From: Candidatus Heimdallarchaeota archaeon
GTDB taxonomy: Archaea > Asgardarchaeota > Heimdallarchaeia > JABLTI01
Direction of reading: 5' to 3'
Length of the DNA stretch: 64,000 nucleotides
Assembly: GCA_018238155.1 (NCBI GenBank)
Contig: JABCTZ010000007.1
Span: forward strand, 96,001 to 160,000
In this document: positions 1 through 9,227 of the stretch, one piece after another
Layout of the letters: each line of letters starts with the position of its first letter
Position numbering within the stretch: position 1 is the first letter of the stretch
Position numbers and translations under genes: made by a program
Notes under the pieces: generated by a model
Told to the model about the DNA's origin: nothing
Databases searched by the model: none
Seen by the model: only the letters and a program-made list of their open reading frames with translations

Positions 1-1014
1 AGAAATAATTCTCATAGAATTCAACAAATTCTTGGAGGAAAATCCGTTCATCCTGTAACTGCTATTCCTGGTGGAGTATCGAAAGGACTTAAACCAGAAG
101 AACGAGATGAAATTCTGAAACGAGCTAAAGAAATGGTTAAATTCAGTCAGTGGAGTTTAGAGTGGTTCGAAGATTTGATTAAAGAGAAGAAACTTCTGAA
201 GTTAATCACAGGTGATATCTATAAAAACGAATTTAATTACATGGCTTCTGTGGATGAGAATGGTCTCATTGATTATTACAGTAGCGAAGCAGTAATAATT
301 AATCCTGAGGGTAAAGAAATTGATCGTTTCTCACCCGATAAATATTATGAACATATCACTGAACATTGCGAACCCTGGTGCACCGCAAAACAAACCTTCA
401 TTCAAAAAATAGGTTGGAAAGGTTTTGAAACAGGTGCTGAAAGTGGTGTATACAGTGTTGGTCCACTTGCAAGATTGAACATTGGAAAATATTCTACTCC
501 TCTTGCTCAAAAAGCACAAAAACGACTTTTTGAAGTAGTGCCAAAACCATGCCACTTACAATTAGTTTCTAATTGGGCTCGATTAGTTGAGATGCTTAAT
601 GCTGCAGAAATCATAGTAGATTTAGCTAAAAAACCCTACATAACCAATAGCGAATACCGTGTTATTCCTAAAGAAATGGGCGGAAGAGGTATTGGTATGG
701 TAGAAGCACCAAGAGGTACTCTTATTCACGACTATACCGCAGACGAAAATGGTATGATCACGAAAGTTAACCTAATTGTTGCAACGACACACAATATTGC
801 TCCAATCAATATTAGTGTTAGAGAAGCAGCAAAACATGTTATCAAAAATGGCAACTACACAGATCAAGCTGTCTTGAATATGGTAGAAGTTGCATTTAGA
901 TCATATGATCCTTGTTTAGCTTGTTCAACACATACTCCTACGGGAAGTATGCCTCTTGAAGTAAAGATATACGATAAGGATCGAAAGCTCAAGGATGTGC
1001 TAAAAAACCAATGA
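1..1014 (+). CDS. mvhA: [NiFe]-hydrogenase large subunit, group 3 (MvhA-like), 5'-truncated by the window edge
   Basis: Frame is open from base 1 (RNNSHRIQQILGGKSVHPVTAIPGG...). Motifs VGPLARL, EAPRGTLIHDY, C-terminal L2 motif DPCLACSTH followed by a cleavable tail. Adjacent to a maturation protease and hdrCB. Confidence 0.92.
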   Translation, partial: RNNSHRIQQILGGKSVHPVTAIPGGVSKGLKPEERDEILKRAKEMVKFSQWSLEWFEDLIKEKKLLKLITGDIYKNEFNYMASVDENGLIDYYSSEAVIINPEGKEIDRFSPDKYYEHITEHCEPWCTAKQTFIQKIGWKGFETGAESGVYSVGPLARLNIGKYSTPLAQKAQKRLFEVVPKPCHLQLVSNWARLVEMLNAAEIIVDLAKKPYITNSEYRVIPKEMGGRGIGMVEAPRGTLIHDYTADENGMITKVNLIVATTHNIAPINISVREAAKHVIKNGNYTDQAVLNMVEVAFRSYDPCLACSTHTPTGSMPLEVKIYDKDRKLKDVLKNQ

Positions 1015-1526
1015 ATGAAATTTCTTCTCTGAACTATCAAAACAATGGAAAAGCTAAGACACTAATAATTGGTGTTGGCAATCCTATTCTATCTGATGAT
1101 GGTGTAGGGATACATATTGTTAGATTACTCGAGAAGAAATATTCCAACACTCCTGAATTCGAGTTTGATGAAGTATCTATTGGTGGCTTAAGTCTTGTAG
1201 AACGATTTATCGGCTATGATACAGTCATTATGATTGATGGCTTAGCATTACAAGGTGGAACTCCTGGTGATGTTTACAAGTTTTCAATTGATGATTTTAG
1301 AACAACTATACATACGTATTGTGCTCACGACTGCAATTTAGCTACTGCTTATGATCTTCTTAAAACCGAACTAGGAGAGGAAAAATTACCTAAAGAAGTT
1401 ACAATTATTGGTATTGAAGTTGAAAATATCAGTGATTTTAGTGAATCACTTTCTGATAAAGTTCTGAAAGCGGTTCCAGAAGCAATATCAATAATTGAAA
1501 AAGAACTTGAAAAAATCTTGAATTAG
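1011..1526 (+). CDS. Hydrogenase maturation endopeptidase (HyaD/HycI family)
   Basis: IIGVGNPILSDDGVG motif, IMIDG, AHD; overlaps the mvhA stop codon. Confidence 0.93.
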   Translation: MNEISSLNYQNNGKAKTLIIGVGNPILSDDGVGIHIVRLLEKKYSNTPEFEFDEVSIGGLSLVERFIGYDTVIMIDGLALQGGTPGDVYKFSIDDFRTTIHTYCAHDCNLATAYDLLKTELGEEKLPKEVTIIGIEVENISDFSESLSDKVLKAVPEAISIIEKELEKILN

Positions 1527-1574
1527 AAATATGTTATGATTTAATTAGTTGAGATATCAATGGAGTGAAATTAA

Positions 1575-1982
1575 TTGTCAATGGTAAAACTAACCAAAAC
1601 TGAGAAACGCATTGCATTTCGTCAGAAGGTCTTAGATCTCGCCGGTGATAATATTATGCGATGTTATCAATGTGGTGAATGTTCGGGTGGTTGTCCTGAA
1701 TCTGCTGTAATGGACCTTCTACCAAATCAAATAATTCATAAGATTCAACTTGGCGATGAATCCGTTTTGGACACTAACACCTTCTGGGTTTGCTCATCAT
1801 GCTTAGTATGTAGTGCAAGATGTCCAAAAGGAATTGATATTGCTAAAGTGATGGAATCTTTACGAGAAATATCACTGAGAGCAAAGAAGAGCTATGTTAC
1901 ACTTGAAGCTCTTACAAGAGAAGAGCTAGAAGAATTACCTCAAATAGCTCTAATTAGTAGCTTTAAGAAACAAACATCATAA
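1575..1982 (+). CDS. hdrC: Heterodisulfide reductase subunit C-like 2x[4Fe-4S] protein
   Basis: CYQCGECSGGCP and WVCSSCLVCSARCPKGID motifs. Confidence 0.9.
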   Translation: MSMVKLTKTEKRIAFRQKVLDLAGDNIMRCYQCGECSGGCPESAVMDLLPNQIIHKIQLGDESVLDTNTFWVCSSCLVCSARCPKGIDIAKVMESLREISLRAKKSYVTLEALTREELEELPQIALISSFKKQTS

Positions 1983-1999
1983 TCGGAGCGTAAACAAAG

Positions 2000-2920
2000 A
2001 TGACAGAAAAAATAGCCTACTACCCCGGTTGTACAGCAAAATCATACGCAAAATACATGGATTTAACTGCTCGAGAAGTTATGAAGAAATTCGATATTGA
2101 ATTAGTAGAATTGTCAAGATGGAATTGTTGTGGAACTTTCTTTGGTTTAGCTGAAGATAATCTCACAAGCCAATTAGCTCCTATGCGAAATATGATTCGT
2201 ACACGTGAAGATGGTTTTACAGATCTCACAACTACTTGTTCTATGTGCTATAATACTCTAAAACGAGCAAATCTTCTCATTCAGAATGACGAAGAAAAGG
2301 CTTCTCGTTTAAACGCTTTCATGTATGAAGAAGAAGACTATGAAGGTGGGGTGCGTGTATGGCATTTACTTGAACTTCTGCTAGAAAAAGTCGATTTTGC
2401 TGATATAGCAAAGAAAATTGTTAATCCACTTAAAGGATTGAAAATTGCGCCATATTATGGATGCACTTTGCTTCGACCTGAAGAAATAACAATTGACAAG
2501 AATCCTGAAAAACCAACCATTCTCTCTGATTTGATTTTTGCTCTTGGAGCAGAAGCAATTGAGGATCCTTATATGACTGAATGTTGTGGTTCTTATCTTA
2601 CAGTGAAAGATAAGCATTTAGTAGCTGACAGAACAAATAGAATAGTTGGTTCGGTTGCTCGAAGAGATGCAGATCTAATAGTGGTCTCTTGTCCATTATG
2701 TCAATTTAACTTGGATCGACGCCAAAAGGAAGCTCGAGAATTGAATTCAGCACTACCTGAAATTCCTGTAGTGTACTTTACTCAATTAATGGCTTTAGCT
2801 TTTGGTGCAGATGTAAAAGAATTGGGTTTTCATGAACACTATGTTGACCCTACTCCTGTTTTAAGGAAACGGAAGGTATTGGGAGCCAAAGTAAAAGTTC
2901 CCATAAAAGTAAAGAAATGA
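2000..2920 (+). CDS. hdrB: Heterodisulfide reductase subunit B (two CCG domains)
   Basis: YYPGC..WNCCG..CSMC and YYGC..ECCG..CPLCQFNLD motifs; PVVYFTQLMALA. Confidence 0.92.
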   Translation: MTEKIAYYPGCTAKSYAKYMDLTAREVMKKFDIELVELSRWNCCGTFFGLAEDNLTSQLAPMRNMIRTREDGFTDLTTTCSMCYNTLKRANLLIQNDEEKASRLNAFMYEEEDYEGGVRVWHLLELLLEKVDFADIAKKIVNPLKGLKIAPYYGCTLLRPEEITIDKNPEKPTILSDLIFALGAEAIEDPYMTECCGSYLTVKDKHLVADRTNRIVGSVARRDADLIVVSCPLCQFNLDRRQKEARELNSALPEIPVVYFTQLMALAFGADVKELGFHEHYVDPTPVLRKRKVLGAKVKVPIKVKK

Positions 2921-2921
2921 G

Positions 2922-3623
2922 GTGGAAAAAACGACCACTGAAGTGACTTATGAGAAAGTAAAAATAATTGTTGCTAATACTGAATTTGAAGTTCCATCTA
3001 ACCTAACGATAATGAAAGCCCTTGAATATCTCGGATGGAGATTGGATCGTGGTGTTGGTTGTCGTGGAGGTTTCTGTGGAGCCTGTAGTACAATATATCG
3101 TTTGAAAGGAGATCATAAACTCTATACAGGTTTATCCTGTGCAACGAAAGTTGAAGATGGTATGATCATCGCTCAAATACCAATTAGTCCCGCGAACAAG
3201 AAGCTCTATGACTTAGAGTCATTAAAAGCAGTTCCAAATACGATGCTTGAATTTTATCCCGAAATTGCTAGATGTATCTCTTGCAATACGTGCTCAAAAG
3301 CTTGCCCAATGGATATAGAAGTAATGGATTATGTGCAAGCAGCATTAAGAGGTGATATTGCTCTGGCAGCAACTTTGAGTTTTGACTGTATTATGTGCGG
3401 ACTTTGTGCTACTAGATGTCCTGCTGAAATCACTCAATTTAATGTTGGTGTTTTAGCAAGAAGACTATATGGTCGTTATATTCAACCAGAGTATAAACAA
3501 ATGGCCAAAAGAGTCAAAGAAGTTGAGAAAGGTAAATATGATGCTGAATTAGAAAAGCTCATGAAAACCGATAAAAAAGGTCTCGTGAAACTCTATGCAG
3601 AGCGTGTGCGAGAAAAAGCCTGA
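2922..3623 (+). CDS. Fumarate reductase/succinate dehydrogenase-type Fe-S subunit (TfrB N-terminal/FrdB-like)
   Basis: [2Fe-2S] motif GCRGGFCGAC...SC; two complete CxxCxxCxxxCP motifs (CISCNTCSKACP, CIMCGLCATRCP). Confidence 0.85.
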   Translation: MEKTTTEVTYEKVKIIVANTEFEVPSNLTIMKALEYLGWRLDRGVGCRGGFCGACSTIYRLKGDHKLYTGLSCATKVEDGMIIAQIPISPANKKLYDLESLKAVPNTMLEFYPEIARCISCNTCSKACPMDIEVMDYVQAALRGDIALAATLSFDCIMCGLCATRCPAEITQFNVGVLARRLYGRYIQPEYKQMAKRVKEVEKGKYDAELEKLMKTDKKGLVKLYAERVREKA

Positions 3624-3644
3624 GGAACTGAGGTGTAAAAGAAC

Positions 3645-5297
3645 ATGGTAAATGATCCTTATCCAGACTATATGCGAGAATCAATCAAAAACGTTGAAAA
3701 AACTCGTGAAAAACGATTGAAAGTAACTATGGACCATTGTTCACCAGATGAAATTGATGATGTGTTGAATAACTTCCATCCTGATTTCATTAAGGAACAG
3801 AAAGCAAGTCTACGTTTTGGTGTTTCAAAAGGTGAAGTAGTTCCTCTTGAAGTTTCAAAGTTAATTGAAACAAAATCAGTACTAGACCCCAAGAAAGTAG
3901 ATCTCAATAAAATTGATTTTAATGTTGATATGTTAATCATTGGTGGTGGTGGTGCTGGTGCAAATGCTGCACTCTGGGCAATAAAAAATGGTGTGAAAGC
4001 AGAAAACATTCTAATTGCTACAAAATTAAGAATGGGTGATTCAAACACTACCATGGCTCAAGGAGGAATACAAGCAGCAGTAAGAGAAGTTGATAGTCCC
4101 GCAATTCACTATTTAGATGCTATTGGTGGTGGGCATTATGAAAATGATCCCCCATTAACTAGAAGATTAGTACGTGATGCTCCACTATTACTTCAATGGT
4201 ATGAAAAACTTGGTATGATGTTTGATAAATTCGAAGATGGTACCATGGATGCCATACATGGTGGAGGAACTTCTAGAAAGAGAATGCATTTTGCCAAAGA
4301 CTTCACTGGTGCCGAAATCATGAAGACTTTGAGAGACGAAGTTTTTAATCATGAAATTCCAATCATTGAATTCTGTCCTGCAATAGAGCTCATTAAAGAT
4401 GATAAAGGTCAAGTCGCTGGTGCTGTTTTACTTAATCTTGACAGTAAGGAATATATCACCGTAAAAGCTAAAGCAACAGTTGTAACAACTGGAGGTTTTG
4501 GTCGATTACATATTCAAGGCTTCCCAACATCAAACCATTATGGCGCAACTTTTGACGGTTGTGTAATGGGCTATCGTGCTGGTGCTCCACTGAAAATGAT
4601 GAAATCAGTTCAATATCATCCAACAGGTGCTGCTTTTCCAGAACAGATTGTTGGTTTATTGGTAACTGAGAAAGTTCGAGGAAAAGGTGCCCAAGTGCTA
4701 AATAAAAATGGTGAACAATTCTGTTTCCCACTTGAGACACGAGATGTTGAAGCAAGTTTGATCATTAGAGAATGCAGTAAAAGAAATAATGGGCTAGTAA
4801 CTCCCTCAGGACAACCTGGTCTATGGTTAGATTCTCCATTAATTGATCAAATTCATGGAGAAGGCACTATCGCAAAGAATTTCGCCGCTATGGTTAGACA
4901 ATTCGAACGTTTTGGTGTAAACATGATTGAAGATCCTATCTTGATCTATCCTACACTTCATTATCAAAATGGTGGCTTAGCAATTGATGAGAACACTGCA
5001 ACAGCAGTGAAAAACCTCTATGCTGCTGGTGAAGTATGTGGTGGTACACATGGAAGTAATCGTTTAATGGGAAATAGTTTGCTAGAAATTAGTGTATTTG
5101 GAAGAGCTGCAGGTATCGCAGCCGCTAAGAATATACCAAAGGTTTCTCTTGGCAAATTAACTCTTGATCATATTACAAAATACAATGCTCTTTGTGATGA
5201 ACACAAAGTAAAGAATCCGCCCTCGCCAATTCTCTTCCCAGATTATTCTCAAGATAAACATAAAGATAGAGTAATTCCAACTAATTTCTTAGTATAA
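3645..5297 (+). CDS. Fumarate reductase/succinate dehydrogenase-family flavoprotein (TfrA/FrdA-like, non-covalent FAD)
   Basis: IIGGGGAG; SNTTMAQGG (Asn where SdhA/FrdA have the FAD-linking His); dicarboxylate-site motifs QYHPTG, ETRDV, HYQNGG, HGSNRLMGNSL; lacks the C-terminal RxESRG domain. Confidence 0.87.
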   Translation: MVNDPYPDYMRESIKNVEKTREKRLKVTMDHCSPDEIDDVLNNFHPDFIKEQKASLRFGVSKGEVVPLEVSKLIETKSVLDPKKVDLNKIDFNVDMLIIGGGGAGANAALWAIKNGVKAENILIATKLRMGDSNTTMAQGGIQAAVREVDSPAIHYLDAIGGGHYENDPPLTRRLVRDAPLLLQWYEKLGMMFDKFEDGTMDAIHGGGTSRKRMHFAKDFTGAEIMKTLRDEVFNHEIPIIEFCPAIELIKDDKGQVAGAVLLNLDSKEYITVKAKATVVTTGGFGRLHIQGFPTSNHYGATFDGCVMGYRAGAPLKMMKSVQYHPTGAAFPEQIVGLLVTEKVRGKGAQVLNKNGEQFCFPLETRDVEASLIIRECSKRNNGLVTPSGQPGLWLDSPLIDQIHGEGTIAKNFAAMVRQFERFGVNMIEDPILIYPTLHYQNGGLAIDENTATAVKNLYAAGEVCGGTHGSNRLMGNSLLEISVFGRAAGIAAAKNIPKVSLGKLTLDHITKYNALCDEHKVKNPPSPILFPDYSQDKHKDRVIPTNFLV

Positions 5298-5301
5298 AAA
5301 T

Positions 5302-5350
5302 AGTATTAAGAGAATTTTTCTCTTCATACTTTTTCTTTCCTTTTTTTCCT
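5302..5350 (+). terminator. Hairpin plus T-rich tract ending the mvh-hdr-frd operon
   Basis: AGTATTAAGAGAA-TTT-TTCTCTTCATACT followed by T runs directly after the stop codon. Confidence 0.55.
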
Positions 5351-5458
5351 TTCATTGATTAAAATTAATTAAATAATAAGCTTACACATAATAATTGAAA
5401 TTATCATGGTTTATAATATTGATTTCCTTATATTAAATAAGGAACTCGTTTTATTGAG

Positions 5459-5647
5459 GTGAATGAAATCAGAAAAAAGAAAAAAACTAGGAAAGTAACA
5501 ATATCAAGGCACAATCCAAGGGTGAATAGAGTTTCAATGGATATTCATATGAGACAAGGGGACAATCCAATTATTGGAACTATATCTGAACCAATTATTA
5601 TGGAAGTACCAATCAAAGAAAAGAAAAAGGATAAGAAAAAGAAATAA
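5459..5647 (+). CDS. Small basic hypothetical protein (about 60 aa)
   Basis: Only ORF in the gap; GAGGTGA Shine-Dalgarno-like motif overlaps the start; Lys-rich ends around a hydrophobic beta-like core; start uncertain. Confidence 0.45.
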   Translation: MNEIRKKKKTRKVTISRHNPRVNRVSMDIHMRQGDNPIIGTISEPIIMEVPIKEKKKDKKKK

Positions 5648-5754
5648 CCAGAAAAGTTATTTTTTATTTCCTTTCTAATATAAAATCTTTTTATTTAGTA
5701 TTAGGTATCAGATATTTGCTTTTGTTTAGCACAGTTGTTTTTGGACGTCCCGAA

Positions 5755-6975
5755 ATGAGATTTGATACTATTATTATAGGTGCTGGAATTATTGGTACTA
5801 GCACTGCTTATTACTTACAGAAATATTCTCCAAAACAAAAAATACTTCTCATTGACAAGAACTCAAAAATTGCTGGTGGGAATACTTCAAGAAGTGCAGC
5901 ACTTTACCGGAACCTATTTTCATCTAGGACAAGCCAAGTACTTTCAGCCAGTTCAATAGGCTTTTATGAAACAATTGCCGATAAAATCGGTCTTAAAAAT
6001 CTTGGTTATCTTTGGATGTTCTCACAAGACGATTGGAAAAAATCTCAGAAAGGATTACAAAATCTAAATGATCAATCAGAAACCTTCGAAATACTTTCAC
6101 CGAAGGAATTTCCTAAGAATCTTCAACTGAATTTTAATTCCTCAGATGATTTCCCTGCTATTCATCAAGCACTTTATGGGCATCGATGTGGTTCTTTATC
6201 AGCAATAAATCTTGCCAAATATTATGCAAAGCAATTTGAAGATTTAGGTGGAAAAATAGCTTTGGAAAAAAACATCCAGAAATTATCTCTATCTGAAGAA
6301 GAGCGACACTTCCCTCCATGGTCTGGAATAAAACTCCTTTCAATAATGGATCAAAACAGGGATGAGTATCTAGCTGATGATTTCCTTTTCACTACTGGTG
6401 CATGGACGAATGACCTTTTAGCACCAATTGGTATTGCTTCCCAAATATATCCTAAGAAACGTCAACTTTATACTCTTAAATTAGATTCTACACAAATTGT
6501 TTCAAATCCAAAAGAAAGCACACCAATCCTTATACTTCCAACAGGAGGAGTGTATGTTAAACCTATTTTACAAAATGGAATCATTATGGTCGGTTGTGCA
6601 AATGAATTAGGAAATCCATATCAAATGAATATATATCCACCTGCCGCAGAACAAGAATACTTTGAATTCGCTATTAAACCTATTTTGCAATATTACTTTC
6701 CTAAATTAAAAGAATTCAAATTATTCTCAAAATGGGCTGGATATTACGCTTATTACTGGCCCGATAAAAATCCAGTTATTGAAAAAGTGTCCAATATTCA
6801 ATGGATTAGTGGCACATCTGGATCTGGAATAATGAAAGCGGATGCGATAGGAAGGATTTCTGCTGCAAAAGTATTAGGTCTTGAAAAAACGGAACTATTT
6901 GATGGGACAAAATTCAAAATAGACAATTTATCGCTAAAGAAAAGAGCAGTTGATGCGGAAGAACTAATAATTTAA
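5755..6975 (+). CDS. FAD-dependent oxidoreductase, DAO/sarcosine oxidase beta family
   Basis: MRFDTIIIGAGIIG Rossmann start (ATG 5755 preferred to TTG 5716); GNTSRSAA, TTGAW, WAGYY, SGSGIMKADAIGR. Confidence 0.85.
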   Translation: MRFDTIIIGAGIIGTSTAYYLQKYSPKQKILLIDKNSKIAGGNTSRSAALYRNLFSSRTSQVLSASSIGFYETIADKIGLKNLGYLWMFSQDDWKKSQKGLQNLNDQSETFEILSPKEFPKNLQLNFNSSDDFPAIHQALYGHRCGSLSAINLAKYYAKQFEDLGGKIALEKNIQKLSLSEEERHFPPWSGIKLLSIMDQNRDEYLADDFLFTTGAWTNDLLAPIGIASQIYPKKRQLYTLKLDSTQIVSNPKESTPILILPTGGVYVKPILQNGIIMVGCANELGNPYQMNIYPPAAEQEYFEFAIKPILQYYFPKLKEFKLFSKWAGYYAYYWPDKNPVIEKVSNIQWISGTSGSGIMKADAIGRISAAKVLGLEKTELFDGTKFKIDNLSLKKRAVDAEELII

Positions 6976-7079
6976 ACTTCAATCCTTTCTCGAAAGATTA
7001 TTTAAAATGGTTCTTCATATCATTTCTATATATAATTAATTATTAAAAATATTTTATAACAATCTGCGAGTGTGAAAAA

Positions 7080-7520
7080 ATGAATAAAGCAATTTATTAC
7101 AAATATTTGTTTATTATTGCAGGATTTTGGAATATTGGCACAGCTCTTATTTTTGGAATTTTTGCCCCTTTACTTTCTAGTTTCTTACCATTCTTTGGTT
7201 TATCAACATTTAATAATGAAATCTATTTTTGGATGTATGGTTTCTTAATTTTAGCCGCTATATCTGGTTTCAAATATTTTCTTGTTGGATTAGATATAAC
7301 AAAAAACCATCTGGTAGTGTCCTCAGGTTTAATTGCAAAATTTGGTATTTTTATACTTACATTGGTTTTCTTTATTTTAGGTACAATTACTTGGCCACTT
7401 TTTGTAATGGGCATAATCAATTTGATTTTTACCGGTCTTTTCATTGAATTTTATGTCAATTATAAAAAACTACTAGCTAGTGATATCGGTGGAGCATATA
7501 GCTACAGGAAAAATATTTAG
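7080..7520 (+). CDS. Small four-TM membrane protein, function unknown
   Basis: Four hydrophobic segments in 146 aa. Confidence 0.7.
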   Translation: MNKAIYYKYLFIIAGFWNIGTALIFGIFAPLLSSFLPFFGLSTFNNEIYFWMYGFLILAAISGFKYFLVGLDITKNHLVVSSGLIAKFGIFILTLVFFILGTITWPLFVMGIINLIFTGLFIEFYVNYKKLLASDIGGAYSYRKNI

Positions 7521-7657
7521 CTATTTTTCCTAATTTACTATTTTTCATAAATATTACAAATAACAACATTCTTTTACTTGATAGAACATTGTTCCCTCAT
7601 ACTGAGTAAAAAAAATTCTTTGAAAATCCTGTTGTATATCCAAATAAATAGCTGTAG

Positions 7658-8932
7658 GTGAATTGCTTGTCTATTTATGATGACATGCTGAGTGAAGAAA
7701 AATACTTGAAAAAATATAAACTCCATAGAAACCCTTTCGATAAAATATCTGCTGAATCAATGACTGCTGCAGAAATTGTTAAAATGCATGTTGTTACTGC
7801 TGCAGATAAGAAGATAGCTTCTAATTTATCTACTATTCTTAATGGTGGTTCTGCAACAGTTGCTCTTATTGGTGAATATGGATCTGGAAAATCTATTCGA
7901 GCAAGTTCTATCATTGAAACATTGAAGCGAAAAAAAGCATTAGTCTTTTATACAAAATTACCCGGAGGAACACCTGGTATTGTAACATATGCGCTTTTTG
8001 AAAGCGTTTGCATTCCACTAATGGACAACGAAGATGTTCCAGAAGAATTACGAAATTATGCTGAAAAACTTTGGGAACATTATCGTGGCATTGCTTCTCT
8101 TCCAGATGCGAAATTCAAACCTTTTCAAGCAGGAAAAGATTTAGCTAAACTCTTCAAAAAAATCAGTGCAAATAATTTACTTTCAGGATTGATAATAGAT
8201 GAATTCGAGGAAATAATTGAGGCTAGTATACAACGTGAGATTAGGAAAACATTCGAAATTTTGCGTGAATATTTGAGTCATGCAGTTGGTATTCCTGGAC
8301 ATATCACCGTTATTTGTTCTACACCAAATGCTTGGGCTTCTTTGAAGGAGATTCATCCTGCTGTAGCTACTCGAGTCCATGTTGAAATTGAGTTTAAACC
8401 CGTTTCAGATAAAATTGCAATTAAAATCATACAAAAAAGATTAGCTGCATTTCGTCCCGAAGACCCTAATAATTTATCACCATTTGATGAATCCATTATT
8501 TCAAAAGTAAACAAGGAGTATGCTACAGGAAATCCACGAATGTTGTTACTAGTCTTAAGATCTATATTAGATGTTACTGCTCAAAATAATCTTAAGAAAG
8601 TAGATCTTCCATCTGTTGAAGGTGGTGTAGAATTCGCTCGAGAGAAATTGAAAGATGCTCAAAGCGAACGAATCAAACAAATTCTAACACCTAAGATGAG
8701 AGATATTTTAGAATGTATAATCAGTGAAAAAGGAGGAGGTCCTGTTGTTGGAACTTCTCTTTCAGATGAACTTGGGATGGACCAAGGAAACCTCTCACGG
8801 TATCTAAACCAAATGGCTGCACTCAATTTTCTGAATAAACATCGAGATGGCAGAATTGTGTCCTTCGAGATAAAACCCGAGCTCAAATTAATCTTTGCGG
8901 AAGAATTAGGATTAATCGAAGATGAAAAATAA
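7658..8932 (+). CDS. AAA+ ATPase (ExeA/Cdc6-like) with C-terminal winged-helix domain
   Basis: N-terminal LHRNPF; Walker A GEYGSGKS; Walker B LIIDEFEE; GNPR sensor motif; C-terminal LSDELGMDQGNLSRYLNQM...RDGR wHTH. Confidence 0.8.
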   Translation: MNCLSIYDDMLSEEKYLKKYKLHRNPFDKISAESMTAAEIVKMHVVTAADKKIASNLSTILNGGSATVALIGEYGSGKSIRASSIIETLKRKKALVFYTKLPGGTPGIVTYALFESVCIPLMDNEDVPEELRNYAEKLWEHYRGIASLPDAKFKPFQAGKDLAKLFKKISANNLLSGLIIDEFEEIIEASIQREIRKTFEILREYLSHAVGIPGHITVICSTPNAWASLKEIHPAVATRVHVEIEFKPVSDKIAIKIIQKRLAAFRPEDPNNLSPFDESIISKVNKEYATGNPRMLLLVLRSILDVTAQNNLKKVDLPSVEGGVEFAREKLKDAQSERIKQILTPKMRDILECIISEKGGGPVVGTSLSDELGMDQGNLSRYLNQMAALNFLNKHRDGRIVSFEIKPELKLIFAEELGLIEDEK

Positions 8933-9227
8933 AAATGATATGGGATGTGAGTTATCTTATTCATTTATTTCTTTTGGAACTTCGATTTCCTCTTTCCCTT
9001 AACTTGTATTTACATTAATTATTTCAAGTATAATAGGTACAGATATTTCTTTTACTTGATATTTATCTCATTTTTTCTTTCATTGAATTGGATCGTAGTA
9101 AGAATTACCAATTTTTCCCTGTTCTATTACTAGTTTACCTTTACAAATTAATTTTCAGCTTTGCAGTAGCTTTTAAGAGTTAACTAAGTGTAAGTAATAT
9201 TAAATCAATTGTGAAGGGAAACAATAT

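Noticed and set aside
907-933. Possible selenocysteine in the hydrogenase L2 motif
   Set aside because: DPCLAC uses TGT codons; there is no in-frame TGA.
7521-9227. Replication origin beside the AAA+/wHTH gene
   Set aside because: No ORB-like TTCCAGTGGAA/G-string repeats in either flank.
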